DNA of 64,000 bases, from NCBI RefSeq assembly GCF_023055435.1, contig NW_025964383.1:17546001-17610000 (forward strand). Reading direction: 5' to 3'. A program made the position numbers and the translations under genes. Origin of the DNA: Haliotis rufescens. Taxonomy: Eukaryota. Shown piece after piece: positions 1 through 10,380 of this stretch (its first letter is position 1; the number at the start of each line of letters is the position of its first letter). The notes under the pieces are model-generated. The model was given only the letters and a program-made list of their open reading frames with translations, made no database searches and was not told the origin of the DNA.

Positions 1-419
1 AGAGACTTCCTCCAGCAGAAAGGCAGCAGAACCATGAAGTGGCCCTCCCTCAGTCCCGATTTAAATCCCATTGAGCACCTGTGGGACGAGATTCAAAGAC
101 GGCTGAATGACGTCCGACCAAGGCCGACAACTGGCTCAAGTGCCTATGGCCTTCATCAACCGCCTCATCAATTCCATGTATCGACGTTGCACGGCAGTCA
201 TCAATGCACATGGCGGACACACGAGATACTGACTTGTGATGCCATTTTCTCAGAGACTAGTGTTGTGTTTCACTTTGAGAACATTTGACACTTTAATTTC
301 AACCTTGATGATCAGTTTTGCCAAGTTTCATCTTTTAATATGTCTCAAAGTATGTTTACAGTGTTTGGACAAATAATGTTTCTCATATATCTATCCATGT
401 TGACGTTTCATTTGCGGTT
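1..419 (+). mobile_element. Tc1/mariner DNA transposon, 3' remnant with right terminal inverted repeat
   Basis: ORF 34..288 begins WPSLSPDLNPIEHLWDEIQRRL (Tc1 DDE C-terminal motif). The sequence is closely similar to 28026..28429 and ends in GACGTTTCATTTGCGGTT running into a (TA)n tract. Confidence 0.88.
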
Positions 420-525
420 ATATATATATATATATATATACAAAAATGAGGTAAATGTTCACTCGGTGTACATGTAATATATAATAAAATAATAAAGTCC
501 ACGTTAGTCCATCATCTTCTTTATA

Positions 526-580
526 TCAGTTTCATACATAGTACTTTCGCTGTCTCATGACAGCTCTTCAGTGTAACTGA
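526..580 (-). ncRNA. Minimal type I hammerhead ribozyme (PLE pLTR)
   Basis: Exact reverse complement of the motif at 3132..3186. Confidence 0.8.
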
Positions 581-763
581 CAATGACATATAATGACGTC
601 ATACTTATGATGACGTCATAAATTACAACTGTGACGTCACAATGTATTTACACACTCCAGCGACGACACCAAGTAATTTAACAATTGTAGGGAGACTTTT
701 GAATTAAATATACAGTATTTGTAAAGTAACAGTGCAACATTTACGATTGAAATGACAAATCTA

Positions 764-2023
764 TTAATACATTCTAGAGTTCAACTTTGGTTTCATCAAT
801 TGGATAAACATTTGTTCTTTTTCCAGTCTCAGCTGCTTGTTACTTGTATACAATTTATAAAACGGAAAAATAGTAAATTTCCCGTTTCCGCAATCATCAA
901 TGTGTTTGCTGACACCTAAGCATCGAACATTAGGGTCTCTTATCTGCTGTTTGTGTACAGTGACTCTATCTTTTAATTCCATGCCGGTTTCACCGATGTA
1001 GTTTTCGCCGCATCCCGAACATCTCATAACATACACCACATCTTTGCTGCGGCAGTTCATGTCGGCTTTCACATTGAAACCCTTGCCATTTGCAAAAAGG
1101 AAAGTAGTACCTTCACTTATGATGTTACACGTGCCGCATCTTGGTGTGTTACATCTACTTACACATGGTACACTCTCTGTACAAGAATATTTGGATGGAC
1201 AAAGAATCTGCTTGAGATTTTTTGGTTGCCTGGTACTTTTTATAATTTTAAATTTATTCAGTCCTTGTTTCATTTTATCGCTTTGCTGTAAAATTGGGAG
1301 GTTGTCCCTTATGACTGGCATGATATCACAATTATTAGGATTGAAGGTGGACACAAACGGTATAATTTGATCGCCCACAGATTTTTCATTAGGTTTCAGG
1401 AGAGTATGTCTTGGAATTTTTAAAGACTTTTCTATTGCGTCATTTATGACGCGAAGCGGATATCCTAGCTTCCTGAGATACCCCATTAATTCTTTCAATC
1501 TTAAATCTCTTTTATCCGTTTCCGACACGATGGTACATACTCTCCGCGCAAGTGAATAAGGAATGTTAGTTCGTGTATGCCTGGGGTGACATGAACCGAA
1601 TTGTAGGTATTGATGGGTGTCCGTTGGTTTGTAGTAGATATCAGTTTTCAATTTAGTATCTTCCTTAACTACAAGGACGTCCAGAAATGGAATTTTGCTC
1701 TCGCTAGACTCCATAGTAAAACTGATGGAAGGATGGAGCTTATTAATAATATCCAGAAAAATGTCTAAATTTTCACGGGTTGAGAGCCAAACTAAAAAGC
1801 AGTCGTCCAAGAATCGCTTCCAAGTTTCGCGCACATGTTTGGCAATGGATTCTGACATGGAATCGTGTACCTTCCTGTAAAGAATATCCTCTATGTAACC
1901 CATCACAAGTGTAGCGTATGTTGGGGCGACTTTCGTTCCCATGGCCGTTCCCTTTCTTTGATGATAGAATTTTCCGTTGAAACAGAAGGTATTATTTTCT
2001 AAGACTAATCTTAAAGATTCCAT
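764..2023 (-). CDS. PLE reverse transcriptase (partial) + GIY-YIG endonuclease, 5'-truncated
   Basis: RT motifs KGTAMGTKVAP, RFLDD, IPFLDV, YYKPTD; Cys linker CNTPRCGTC; endonuclease VVYVMRCSGCGENYIGETG ... RVTVH ... LN. N-terminal RT motifs are missing. Confidence 0.9.
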   Translation of the reverse strand: MESLRLVLENNTFCFNGKFYHQRKGTAMGTKVAPTYATLVMGYIEDILYRKVHDSMSESIAKHVRETWKRFLDDCFLVWLSTRENLDIFLDIINKLHPSISFTMESSESKIPFLDVLVVKEDTKLKTDIYYKPTDTHQYLQFGSCHPRHTRTNIPYSLARRVCTIVSETDKRDLRLKELMGYLRKLGYPLRVINDAIEKSLKIPRHTLLKPNEKSVGDQIIPFVSTFNPNNCDIMPVIRDNLPILQQSDKMKQGLNKFKIIKSTRQPKNLKQILCPSKYSCTESVPCVSRCNTPRCGTCNIISEGTTFLFANGKGFNVKADMNCRSKDVVYVMRCSGCGENYIGETGMELKDRVTVHKQQIRDPNVRCLGVSKHIDDCGNGKFTIFPFYKLYTSNKQLRLEKEQMFIQLMKPKLNSRMY

Positions 2024-2033
2024 AATGAAACTT

Positions 2034-2948
2034 GTCCTTGTAGTTAAGGAAGATACTAAATTGAAAACTGATATCTACTACAAACCAACGGACACCCATC
2101 AATACCTACAATTCGGTTCATGTCACCCCAGGCATACACGAACTAACATTCCTTATTCACTTGCGCGGAGAGTATGTACCATCGTGTCGGAAACGGATAA
2201 AAGAGATTTAAGATTGAAAGAATTAATGGGGTATCTCAGGAAGCTAGGATATCCGCTTCGCGTCATAAATGACGCAATAGAAAAGTCTTTAAAAATTCCA
2301 AGACATACTCTCCTGAAACCTAATGAAAAATCTGTGGGCGATCAAATTATACCGTTTGTGTCCACCTTCAATCCTAATAATTGTGATATCATGCCAGTCA
2401 TAAGGGACAACCTCCCAATTTTACAGCAAAGCGATAAAATGAAACAAGGACTGAATAAATTTAAAATTATAAAAAGTACCAGGCAACCAAAAAATCTCAA
2501 GCAGATTCTTTGTCCATCCAAATATTCTTGTACAGAGAGTGTACCATGTGTAAGTAGATGTAACACACCAAGATGCGGCACGTGTAACATCATAAGTGAA
2601 GGTACTACTTTCCTTTTTGCAAATGGCAAGGGTTTCAATGTGAAAGCCGACATGAACTGCCGCAGCAAAGATGTGGTGTATGTTATGAGATGTTCGGGAT
2701 GCGGCGAAAACTACATCGGTGAAACCGGCATGGAATTAAAAGATAGAGTCACTGTACACAAACAGCAGATTAGAGACCCTAATGTTCGATGCTTAGGTGT
2801 CAGCAAACACATTGATGATTGCGGAAACGGGAAATTTACTATTTTTCCGTTTTATAAATTGTATACAAGTAACAAGCAGCTGAGACTGGAAAAAGAACAA
2901 ATGTTTATCCAATTGATGAAACCAAAGTTGAACTCTAGAATGTATTAA
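2034..2948 (+). CDS. Second, shorter PLE copy: RT thumb + GIY-YIG endonuclease
   Basis: The protein is identical to the C-terminal ~300 aa of the minus-strand ORF. The N-terminus of the listed ORF (1977..2033) is only the antisense of the other copy. Confidence 0.85.
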   Translation, partial: VLVVKEDTKLKTDIYYKPTDTHQYLQFGSCHPRHTRTNIPYSLARRVCTIVSETDKRDLRLKELMGYLRKLGYPLRVINDAIEKSLKIPRHTLLKPNEKSVGDQIIPFVSTFNPNNCDIMPVIRDNLPILQQSDKMKQGLNKFKIIKSTRQPKNLKQILCPSKYSCTESVPCVSRCNTPRCGTCNIISEGTTFLFANGKGFNVKADMNCRSKDVVYVMRCSGCGENYIGETGMELKDRVTVHKQQIRDPNVRCLGVSKHIDDCGNGKFTIFPFYKLYTSNKQLRLEKEQMFIQLMKPKLNSRMY

Positions 2949-3131
2949 TAGATTTGTCATTTCAATCGTAAATGTTGCACTGTTACTTTACAAATACTGT
3001 ATATTTAATTTAAAAGTCTCCCTACAATTGTTAAATTACTTGGTGTCGTCGCTGGAGTGTGTAAATACATTGTGACGTCACAGTTGTAATTTATGACGTC
3101 ATCATAAGTATGACGTCATTATATGTCATTG

Positions 3132-3186
3132 TCAGTTACACTGAAGAGCTGTCATGAGACAGCGAAAGTACTATGTATGAAACTGA
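3132..3186 (+). ncRNA. Minimal type I hammerhead ribozyme (PLE pLTR)
   Basis: TCAGTTACA-CTGAAGA-GCTGTC(ATGA)GACAGC-GAAA-GTAC-TA-TGTA-TGA-AACTGA: canonical CUGANGA and GAAA cores, 6-bp stem II, palindromic AGTACT stem III and a bulged stem I. Confidence 0.82.
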
Positions 3187-3225
3187 TATAAAGAAGATGA
3201 TGGACTAACGTGGACTTTATTATTT

Positions 3226-3227
<2 letters not shown>

Positions 3228-3277
<50 letters not shown>
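3228..3277. repeat. (TA)n microsatellite
   Basis: About 25 uninterrupted TA units. Confidence 0.95.
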
Positions 3278-3279
<2 letters not shown>

Positions 3280-3586
3280 ATGCATTTATATGCATTTATA
3301 TGCATGATCCGACATTTATATGCATGATCCGACTAATATATGTCAAGAAATATGAACACTTTTCTGTACGATATGTTATATGCATTCACATACTGGTCCT
3401 GACGATGTACGTGAAAACAAACATGCCTGAACATGTGGAAATGTAACAGCCTGCTGGAATAAATCTAAAAAATAAGGAAAACCAAAACAGACAAAAACAC
3501 CCAGTTCTTTCATATGGCCAGTAAATTATTGTGAATGGTCTTTTTTTGAATGGTGTATTTAACATTTGAAAACACTGCATCCACAG

Positions 3587-5090
3587 GTTCGCTGCATCTC
3601 CCACAGACCATACCTGGATGCATATTCTACGCAAGCTGGTGGTTGTTTTGCATCACCATTGTCGCAGTTTACGCGGGCAATCTCTTTGCAACTGTCTCAG
3701 TGGTAAAAGAACAAATACCCTTCAATACGATGGAAGAGCTTGCAGAAAATGATGACTTCAAGATTATCATTTCTAAAGGGTCCTCTACTCAAGATATCTA
3801 CAAGGTCATTGCAATGGAAACTGCAATTTTATTGTCTTTATACTTACTCCGAACCCCTGTTCTCATATTGTAGAGAAAGGCACACATCGAAATAGATCAT
3901 GGATTGGAACGTTTGTCGGTTGCAGATGGCTTACTACTTAAATCCCATTTTGTAAATTAAATTTGATGCCAAGAATGAAATACTAAGCAACGTACGCTCC
4001 ATATCCTCAACCTACTTCTATCAGCTGACTTCCAATAAATGTGCTTTCTGAACGCTTTTCAGTATTCTGATGATAGTGTGAGCAAGAAAATCTGGACAAA
4101 AGTGTTGGACACCCGATCTTCAAATATCCAAAACTCTCTGGATGAGGATCGTCACATTAGGATGCTCCTACGGTCTAGCTACTACGCATACATCACCGGT
4201 TCCTTCACGGCTGATGGTATAGAAAAGACAGTTCATAACCTCCGAAGGATGAAATGTAGTACTGGTCCGAAATATCTAAGCCTGCCCTTTCCCGTCAATT
4301 CACCTCTCGCGGAGTTATTTTCAGACAAGTAAGAACTAAACACTCACATGTTTCATCTCTAAAAGACGATCTTAGATAAAAGAAATGTATCCTATCTAGT
4401 GATATATGCGGTGGTATAGTTTGTTGAAATTTGTGCAATATATGTTAATGAACTGGAGTCAATACAATAACTTCTGAAATGAGTGAGTGAGTTTGGTTTT
4501 ACGCCGCTTTTAGCAATATTCCAGCAATATCACGGCGGGGGCACCAGAAATGGGCTTCACACATTGTACCCATGTCGGGAATCGAACCCGGGTCTTCGGC
4601 GTGACGAGCGAACGCTTTAACCACTAGGCTACCCGACCGCCCCACTTCTGAAAAGAAAGGATGACCTAATTCCCTTGGTATTTTAAGTGAAGAGACAGTT
4701 ATTGTTATTGAGTGAGTGGGTGAGTATGGTTAAACGCCGCTCCACCATATTACGGCGGGGAATACCATAAATGGGGTCGGGCCCTCGGTGTAACGGGCGA
4801 ACGCGTTAACCACAAGGGTACTCACCGCCCCTATTGTTATTGATTTGCAGTTGTATTAAAAATATACGTCCTTCTGTTCCAGACTTATTCGCCTGTATGA
4901 TAACGGCATGCTGGAAGCCTGGGAAAGAAAATGGTCCAGCACAAAACGGGAGGAAGATGTACACGCAATGACGAAGGTTGACATGAGTAACTTGCGGAGT
5001 GCCTGGACAATGTGTGTATCAGGAATTACAGTAGCCATCACTATACTAGGAATTGAACGTTTCCTAAACTACCGTGTCAACAAACATTGA
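3587..5090 (+). CDS. Divergent ionotropic receptor A (3' part: M3, S2, M4); upstream exons lie outside the window
   Basis: AG/GT-bounded exons 3587..3804, 4063..4328, 4883..5090 splice in frame. M3 motif VYAGNLFAT (SYTANLAAF-like), then FNTMEELAE, YAYI, and LIRLYDNGMLEAWERKW followed by hydrophobic M4. Confidence 0.88.
4480..4643 (-). mobile_element. tRNA-derived SINE family A
   Basis: A-box TAGCCTAGTGG, B-box GGTTCGATTCC, (ACTC)n tail, target duplication ACTTCTGAAA. Confidence 0.9.
4711..4831 (-). mobile_element. Degenerate SINE family A
   Basis: Diverged copy flanked by a TATTGTTATTGA duplication. Confidence 0.7.
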
Positions 5091-5172
5091 TCGTTTATTC
5101 ATTGTACGTTCTTGTTAGCCACAGTTACAATTGATGCCCTGTTCGATGCATAGGCAAATCCTTTTGGACGAT

Positions 5173-5643
5173 ACTACTCAAACGAAGTTAAAGTGTACCC
5201 AATTCTTTCATTTTACCATCTGTCATAGAACGCCATAGCATACCTTACTGTTCTCTTTTGTAGGAGGGGGCACGGGTGGCCCAGTCGTCTAAGGCGCCGC
5301 GATTCGCTGTGCAGAGTTGCGTCCCTTGGGCACGCCAGAAACCTATGATTGTGGGTTCGAATCCCGGTTCGCCCAGATTATGTTCCTAGGTTTGTCAGCA
5401 CCATACCTGTGCTCGTGGGTTTCACCGAAGTGATAAATGTTTGGGACCTGCATCACTTCGGGCTTTCCTCCTACATTAAGCTGACACGCCGTGATATAAC
5501 TGGAATACTGTTAAAAGCGGCGTTAAACCCAACTCACTCACTCACTCACTCACTCTTTTGTAGGAACTCAGTTGTAATGACATGACAGATTAACAAAAGT
5601 AATAAGAAAGAATTGGGTTTTCTTTAAGTTCGTTTGAGGAATA
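5173..5643. mobile_element. TA-flanked MITE just downstream of IR-A, interrupted by a SINE
   Basis: TACTACTCAAACGAAGTTAAAG...CCCAATTCTTTC and its inverted copy GAAAGAATTGGG...CTTTAAGTTCGTTTGAGGAATA. Homologues lie behind genes B, C and D. Confidence 0.7.
5266..5552 (+). mobile_element. tRNA-derived SINE family B (V-SINE-like body)
   Basis: A-box TGGCCCAGTCG, B-box GGTTCGAATCCC, (ACTC)n tail, TSD CTCTTTTGTAGGA. Confidence 0.9.
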
Positions 5644-6019
5644 CATCTGTCACACTATTAGTAATCGAGAGTATCCTGAACTAGAGTATAAACAATAAAC
5701 TCGTTTCACAAAAGGGTCTTAATCGTGTTATAATAAAGGTTTATGTGTCACTTTATATGTGATACAATTAATGCAATTATATATTTAAGCATCCACATAG
5801 CTATCTCGTGAAGATATCTCGTTGCTACGAGAAAAGTACGAAAAGACTGGTATAATTGTCTAAACCTATGTTAGACACAGTACTGTGGCCGGAGGAAGAC
5901 AGTCTGAGTGAAATACAGATATATTCTATAACTTAACTTGTGACAATGCGAAAGAATGTTGGCATCAGATCCTTAAAAGTATAGATTTAACGACAACAAA
6001 CAATGAACACCAGAAGTGT

Positions 6020-6235
6020 GTTTGTTTCTTGTTTAACGCCGCACTCAGCAATATTCCATCTTTATGAGGGCGTTCTGTAAATTATCGAATCTGGACCGGA
6101 CAATCGAGAGACTGACATCAGAAGCATCGATCGACGCAACCGGGACACGATTACATACATCAACCGAAGCCTGACCACCAAATACCGTTAGTCGCCTCTT
6201 GCTGAAGATCAATTCTTACCCAGATCTTCACTGGA
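6020..6235 (-). mobile_element. SINE-like family D, degenerate
   Basis: Similar to 36200..36466: (TTTG) tail, TTTAACGCCGCACTCAGCAATATTCC, GTTAGTCGCCTCTT. Confidence 0.75.
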
Positions 6236-7879
6236 AGAGCGTGGGTTGCGTATTTGGTAACTCTGACTTACCAAACAGTCGACTCGACATGAGTACTATT
6301 GTATATCCAGTTAAACCTACTGTCTGTGTGATATCGCGATGGCCGTGATCTTTTATTTAAGGCTAGGTCAATTCATTATTAGTCATGACTTATGGAAATA
6401 GTTTTGTTGCTTTTTTTAAACAAGGGAGTTAATGTTCATATCTTGCTAAAACTGATTATTCACTCATTCGACTGCATCACAGACAGTAAAAGGTATCAAC
6501 ATACGGTAAACATTGTCAGTAGTTAATGGTCCAACACCGAACATACTATGTGAAATGTTTCCACAACAAAGCCATAGTTTTCTATGTGATTGCTGTGTAC
6601 AGAAATCATGTACGGGGATCTGATCAGGAACCGAATTTTCTCATAACCTAGGTCAATATTTGCGTGTGGTTGGTGTCCATCACACTATAATAGATAATAT
6701 AGAAGCAATTGGCGACTGTCTGTGTAGTAGATTGGCGATTCAGCGATGGACATCGTGATACACATAGAGCATGAATCGAGGTCGCGAAGTATGATTTCTA
6801 GACGCCCGTTGATAATTTAAGCAGCGACCATGCACACAACTGTAGCAGATGCATAGATGATAGTAAATACAACAGCAGCACTAAGTATACAGTCAATGAC
6901 TGGGAATTAATCAAGTACCAGCCGTGAATGATTAAATGACGCAAGCGAGATGATTTATTTCCCTTTTATACATCGATTGAACTTTATGTGGGAAATCAGG
7001 CAAAATATTGGTAGAGCAACTGAAACCTACAATATTGAACAAAAACGAGTTAATGCACTGACAAAACGTCAAGTCAATGGTAATGTACACATTATTATGA
7101 AGTCGGAATTCAACAATCGACTCAGCTTTTAGATGAGAATTCTCATGAACATGGAAAAAGTTTTGATGAATTTATTAGCAATGTTTACATGTTTTAGCGA
7201 ACTTGGCATGACATTTGGAGATGTTGAATTTGTATGACAACATGTTTTGTATGTAACTCAATGGCATGATTCTATATTTGTCAAGGGAGTAGTAATTGCG
7301 GATGTATTTACAGATGTATTAGATGTTCAATCTAGGAATCAATGGAAAATCTCAAACACCTTACTTTTGTAAATTGTCATATGTTGTGGGAAATATGATA
7401 TATTCATTCATACGCTGAAACAATATTCACGTGCTGTGATTATTAAGACTTAGAAATGTTGAACAATATTGTTTTATGGTACAAAAGTTTACATGGCTTT
7501 CATGTTGGACAAAAAACGGTCTCATAACCGTGAAATTTCAGTGGTTCATACGCCAAGGAACTCAGACGAAGTGAAAGTTCTTAAATGCACTATCCAGAAA
7601 TTTGTTTGCTTTGTTTTTTTACGCCGCACTCAGCAATATCCAGCTTCATGACGGTGGTCTGTGAATATTCGAGCCTGGACCAGACAACCATGTGATAGAC
7701 ATCATGAGCATGAATCAGTCATTTGTCATTTATCATAAGAAATTCACTGACAAAACTCTTCCTTGTAACAGAAGACAGAAGGACAGGTCCTAAAAGAGGG
7801 ATTGTGTGACAACTTAATTATCAGTGTCAATATCGCCTGTGATACAGGCGAGGCAGTGGCGACGTATTGAAGACACCAG

Positions 7880-7986
7880 GGCCCACTTGCACAAAGCGAT
7901 CTTAACGATAAGATGATCGTAACTCCCATACTTTAACATAGGCTTACGATAGTCGTAGCGCTAAGATCGCTTTGTGCAAGTGGGCC
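7880..7986. mobile_element. Palindromic MITE (PIF/Harbinger-like)
   Basis: 25-bp TIR GGCCCACTTGCACAAAGCGATCTTA, flanked by CAG on both sides. Confidence 0.8.
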
Positions 7987-8545
7987 CAGGTGGTTGAAAA
8001 CGGCACATGTAAACCAAAGATGTTAACCGTTATTTACAGTAAAACAAAAGTTGATTTCCATCGGCTGACCAAATATTCGTGAATGCTATCACCAATAACA
8101 TCATAGATATTTTACTATATAAAGCCACAAAAAACATTTCCACTATTAGACATCTCTTCCAAAATCATAACTTTCAGGAAGATGTGGCATTGCATAAGCG
8201 TTATTTACAGTTAAACAAAAATGTTTTTATGAACACCTTATACTTAAACAATCATTGTGTTCTGTTCACATTCAAAAGCCACATTCGTGAATATCATACT
8301 CCCAACAAACATGCAAACATCCAAATTGTGCGCCGTGCATTAACATGCATGTTGGTTTGGTTGGTTTGTTGTTTAACGCTGCAGTCAGTAATATTCCAGT
8401 TATATGACGGCGGTCCTAGTGTTCCTATTCTTGAGAGCCAGAAATACATACTTTACAAATCTTCTTTGAACGCAGAGGTTGCAGCTATATCATTGTTTTA
8501 GTTTATCAACTTTGTTTGTTTGTGGCGACGTATTGAAGACACCAG

Positions 8546-8652
8546 GGCCCACTTGCACAAAGCGATCTTAGCGATAAGATGATCGTAACTCCCATACTTT
8601 AACATAGGCTTACGATAGTCGTAGCGCTAAGATCGCTTTGTGCAAGTGGGCC
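8546..8652. mobile_element. Second copy of the same MITE (within a local duplication)
   Basis: Nearly identical to 7880..7986 including the flanks. Confidence 0.8.
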
Positions 8653-8689
8653 CAGATGGTTGAAAACGGCACATGTCAACCAAAGATGG

Positions 8690-9350
8690 TTCTCATCCTG
8701 ATGTAGGCGTCGTTCCATCTCATCCAAGACACGTTGTATGGTGCACACGTCTGAAGAAACAGCCGGCCATAGCAGTATAGCGTTGCCTGTGGGCGGGCAT
8801 TATCCTGCTGCAATGTGACGCTACGTCCCGGCATTTGCACAAAGGGTATATTATTACACGTTCACCACCAAACTGATGACGTTAAGTAACGCAAGCGTTG
8901 CTAAAACGTTATTCCGGACGCCCGCAGACCATTTGACTATCATCAGATCTGTCCAGATGAAAACTCGACTGATCTGTGAACAGTATACTGTAGCAGCCTC
9001 AAATGCTGTCAATATTGACGGTTACATTGTAGGAAAATTGCGCGTATCGCTAGACGTCGAGCCAGGAGTTGTGCTCCTTCAACCGGATGCGTACGGTTCT
9101 GCCACGAATTGGTCTCAACCCAGGAATTGTCCGAGCTGTTAATGTGGTAGTTTGATATTGATTTCGTAGATGCACCAACCGAATATGGTTGGCTTGTTGG
9201 CGTGACGTCACACGTCCTGAGAGTTGCCCTGCTGTAGAGATGATATGGTGTTTAGACGAACATGGAAATGTCTGGCAACTTCGTTTTGCACCATCACTGT
9301 TTGGGGCATACCCACGGCGCGTTGACGTTCATTTTCAGAAGCCCTGGCAT
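8690..9350 (-). pseudogene. Degraded Tc1-like transposase
   Basis: The minus strand gives fragments MP..SENERQRAVGM, FTDQSSFHL and QQDNARP, broken by frameshifts and deletions. Confidence 0.7.
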
Positions 9351-9356
9351 TGCGTA

Positions 9357-9712
9357 GACCGCCTCCGTGGTCAAGTGGTAGAGCGTCCGTCCGGAGAGCG
9401 GAAGGTCCGGGGTTCGATCCCCGGCCGCGTCATACCAAAAGACGTTAAAAGATGGTACTTGTTGTTACCCTGTCTGGCGCTCGGCATTAAGGGGTTAAAT
9501 CAAGGACTGGTCGGCTCGGAGTCAGTATACTGTGTCTGAGTGGGGTATTCATGTTAAACTGCGGCATGGTATCTCAGTGAGCTAGCACTATAAATCGGCA
9601 TCAGTCCGGTCTAGTACAAGCAGCCACACACACAAACACACGTGCATGCACGTCGCTATATAAGTGCAATAATCTTGGACGCGACGTTAAACCCAATTTC
9701 ACCTCACCTCAC
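9357..9712 (+). mobile_element. tRNA-derived SINE family C (Meta/MESC-like body)
   Basis: A-box GTGGTCAAGTGG, B-box GGTTCGATCCCC, (CACCT)n tail, TSD CCTGGCATTGYGTA. Close copy at 49545..49898 (-). Confidence 0.88.
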
Positions 9713-10306
9713 CTGGCATTGTGTAACCGTTATTTACAGTAAAACAAAAGTTGATTTCCATCGGCTGATCAAATATTCTTGAATGCTATCATCAATAACA
9801 TCATAGATATTTTACTATATAAAGCCACAAAAAACATTTCCACTATAAGACATCTCTTCCAAAAGCATAACTTTCAGGAAGATGTGGCATTGCATAAGCG
9901 TTATTTACAGTTAAACAAAAATGTTTGTATGAACACCTCATACTTAAACAATCATTGTGTTCTGTTCAAATTCAAAAGCCACATGTGTGAATATCATTAT
10001 CCCATCAAAAATGCAAACATCCAAATTGTGCGCCGTGCATTAACATGCATATTGTTTTGGTTGGTTTGTTGTTTAACGCCGCAGTCAGCAATATTGCAGT
10101 TATATGACGGCGGTCTGTAAATAATCGAATCTGGACTTAATGGACTTCATATGAAACACAGTTACTGGTTTCCGTTATCAATTGCTCATTGACGTATTAA
10201 GAGAAACAATTTATGAAGAGTCGACTCTGCTGAGAAACTTCACTGAAGTTATCCTATTGTTCGGAAGACGTAATGTAATCACGTTGGGACGTCATGACTT
10301 ATGGAT

Positions 10307-10380
10307 GTGTGTGTGTGTGTGTGGGGTGGGGTGGGGTGGGGGGTGGGGGGGTGGGGGGGGGGGGTGGGGGGTGGGGGGTG
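10307..10380 (+). repeat. (TG)n followed by a (GGGGT)n/poly-G tract, running into a partial SINE A head
   Basis: Direct reading; multiple runs of 4 or more G. Confidence 0.85.

Larger units (their letters stand above)
441..3233. mobile_element. Penelope-like retroelement (probably Neptune-type), two 5'-truncated copies joined head-to-head as an inverted repeat, inserted in (TA)n
   Basis: Arms 479..1678 and 2034..3233 are near-exact reverse complements (I saw two mismatches) with a 355-bp spacer. They encode RT and GIY-YIG domains and are flanked by (TA)n at 419..440 and 3228..3277. Confidence 0.92.

Noticed and set aside
1044-1370. 108-aa ORFs at 1044..1370 and 2342..2668
   Set aside because: Antisense frames of the PLE ORF, duplicated only because of the palindrome.
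4540-4643. tRNA genes (Asp-like, Leu-like heads)
   Set aside because: No proper acceptor stem; each continues into a shared SINE body and microsatellite tail with TSDs.
8079-10120. Paralogous ORFs 8079..8501 and 9779..10120
   Set aside because: Non-ATG starts, they run into SINE tails and show no motifs; explained by a local duplication.
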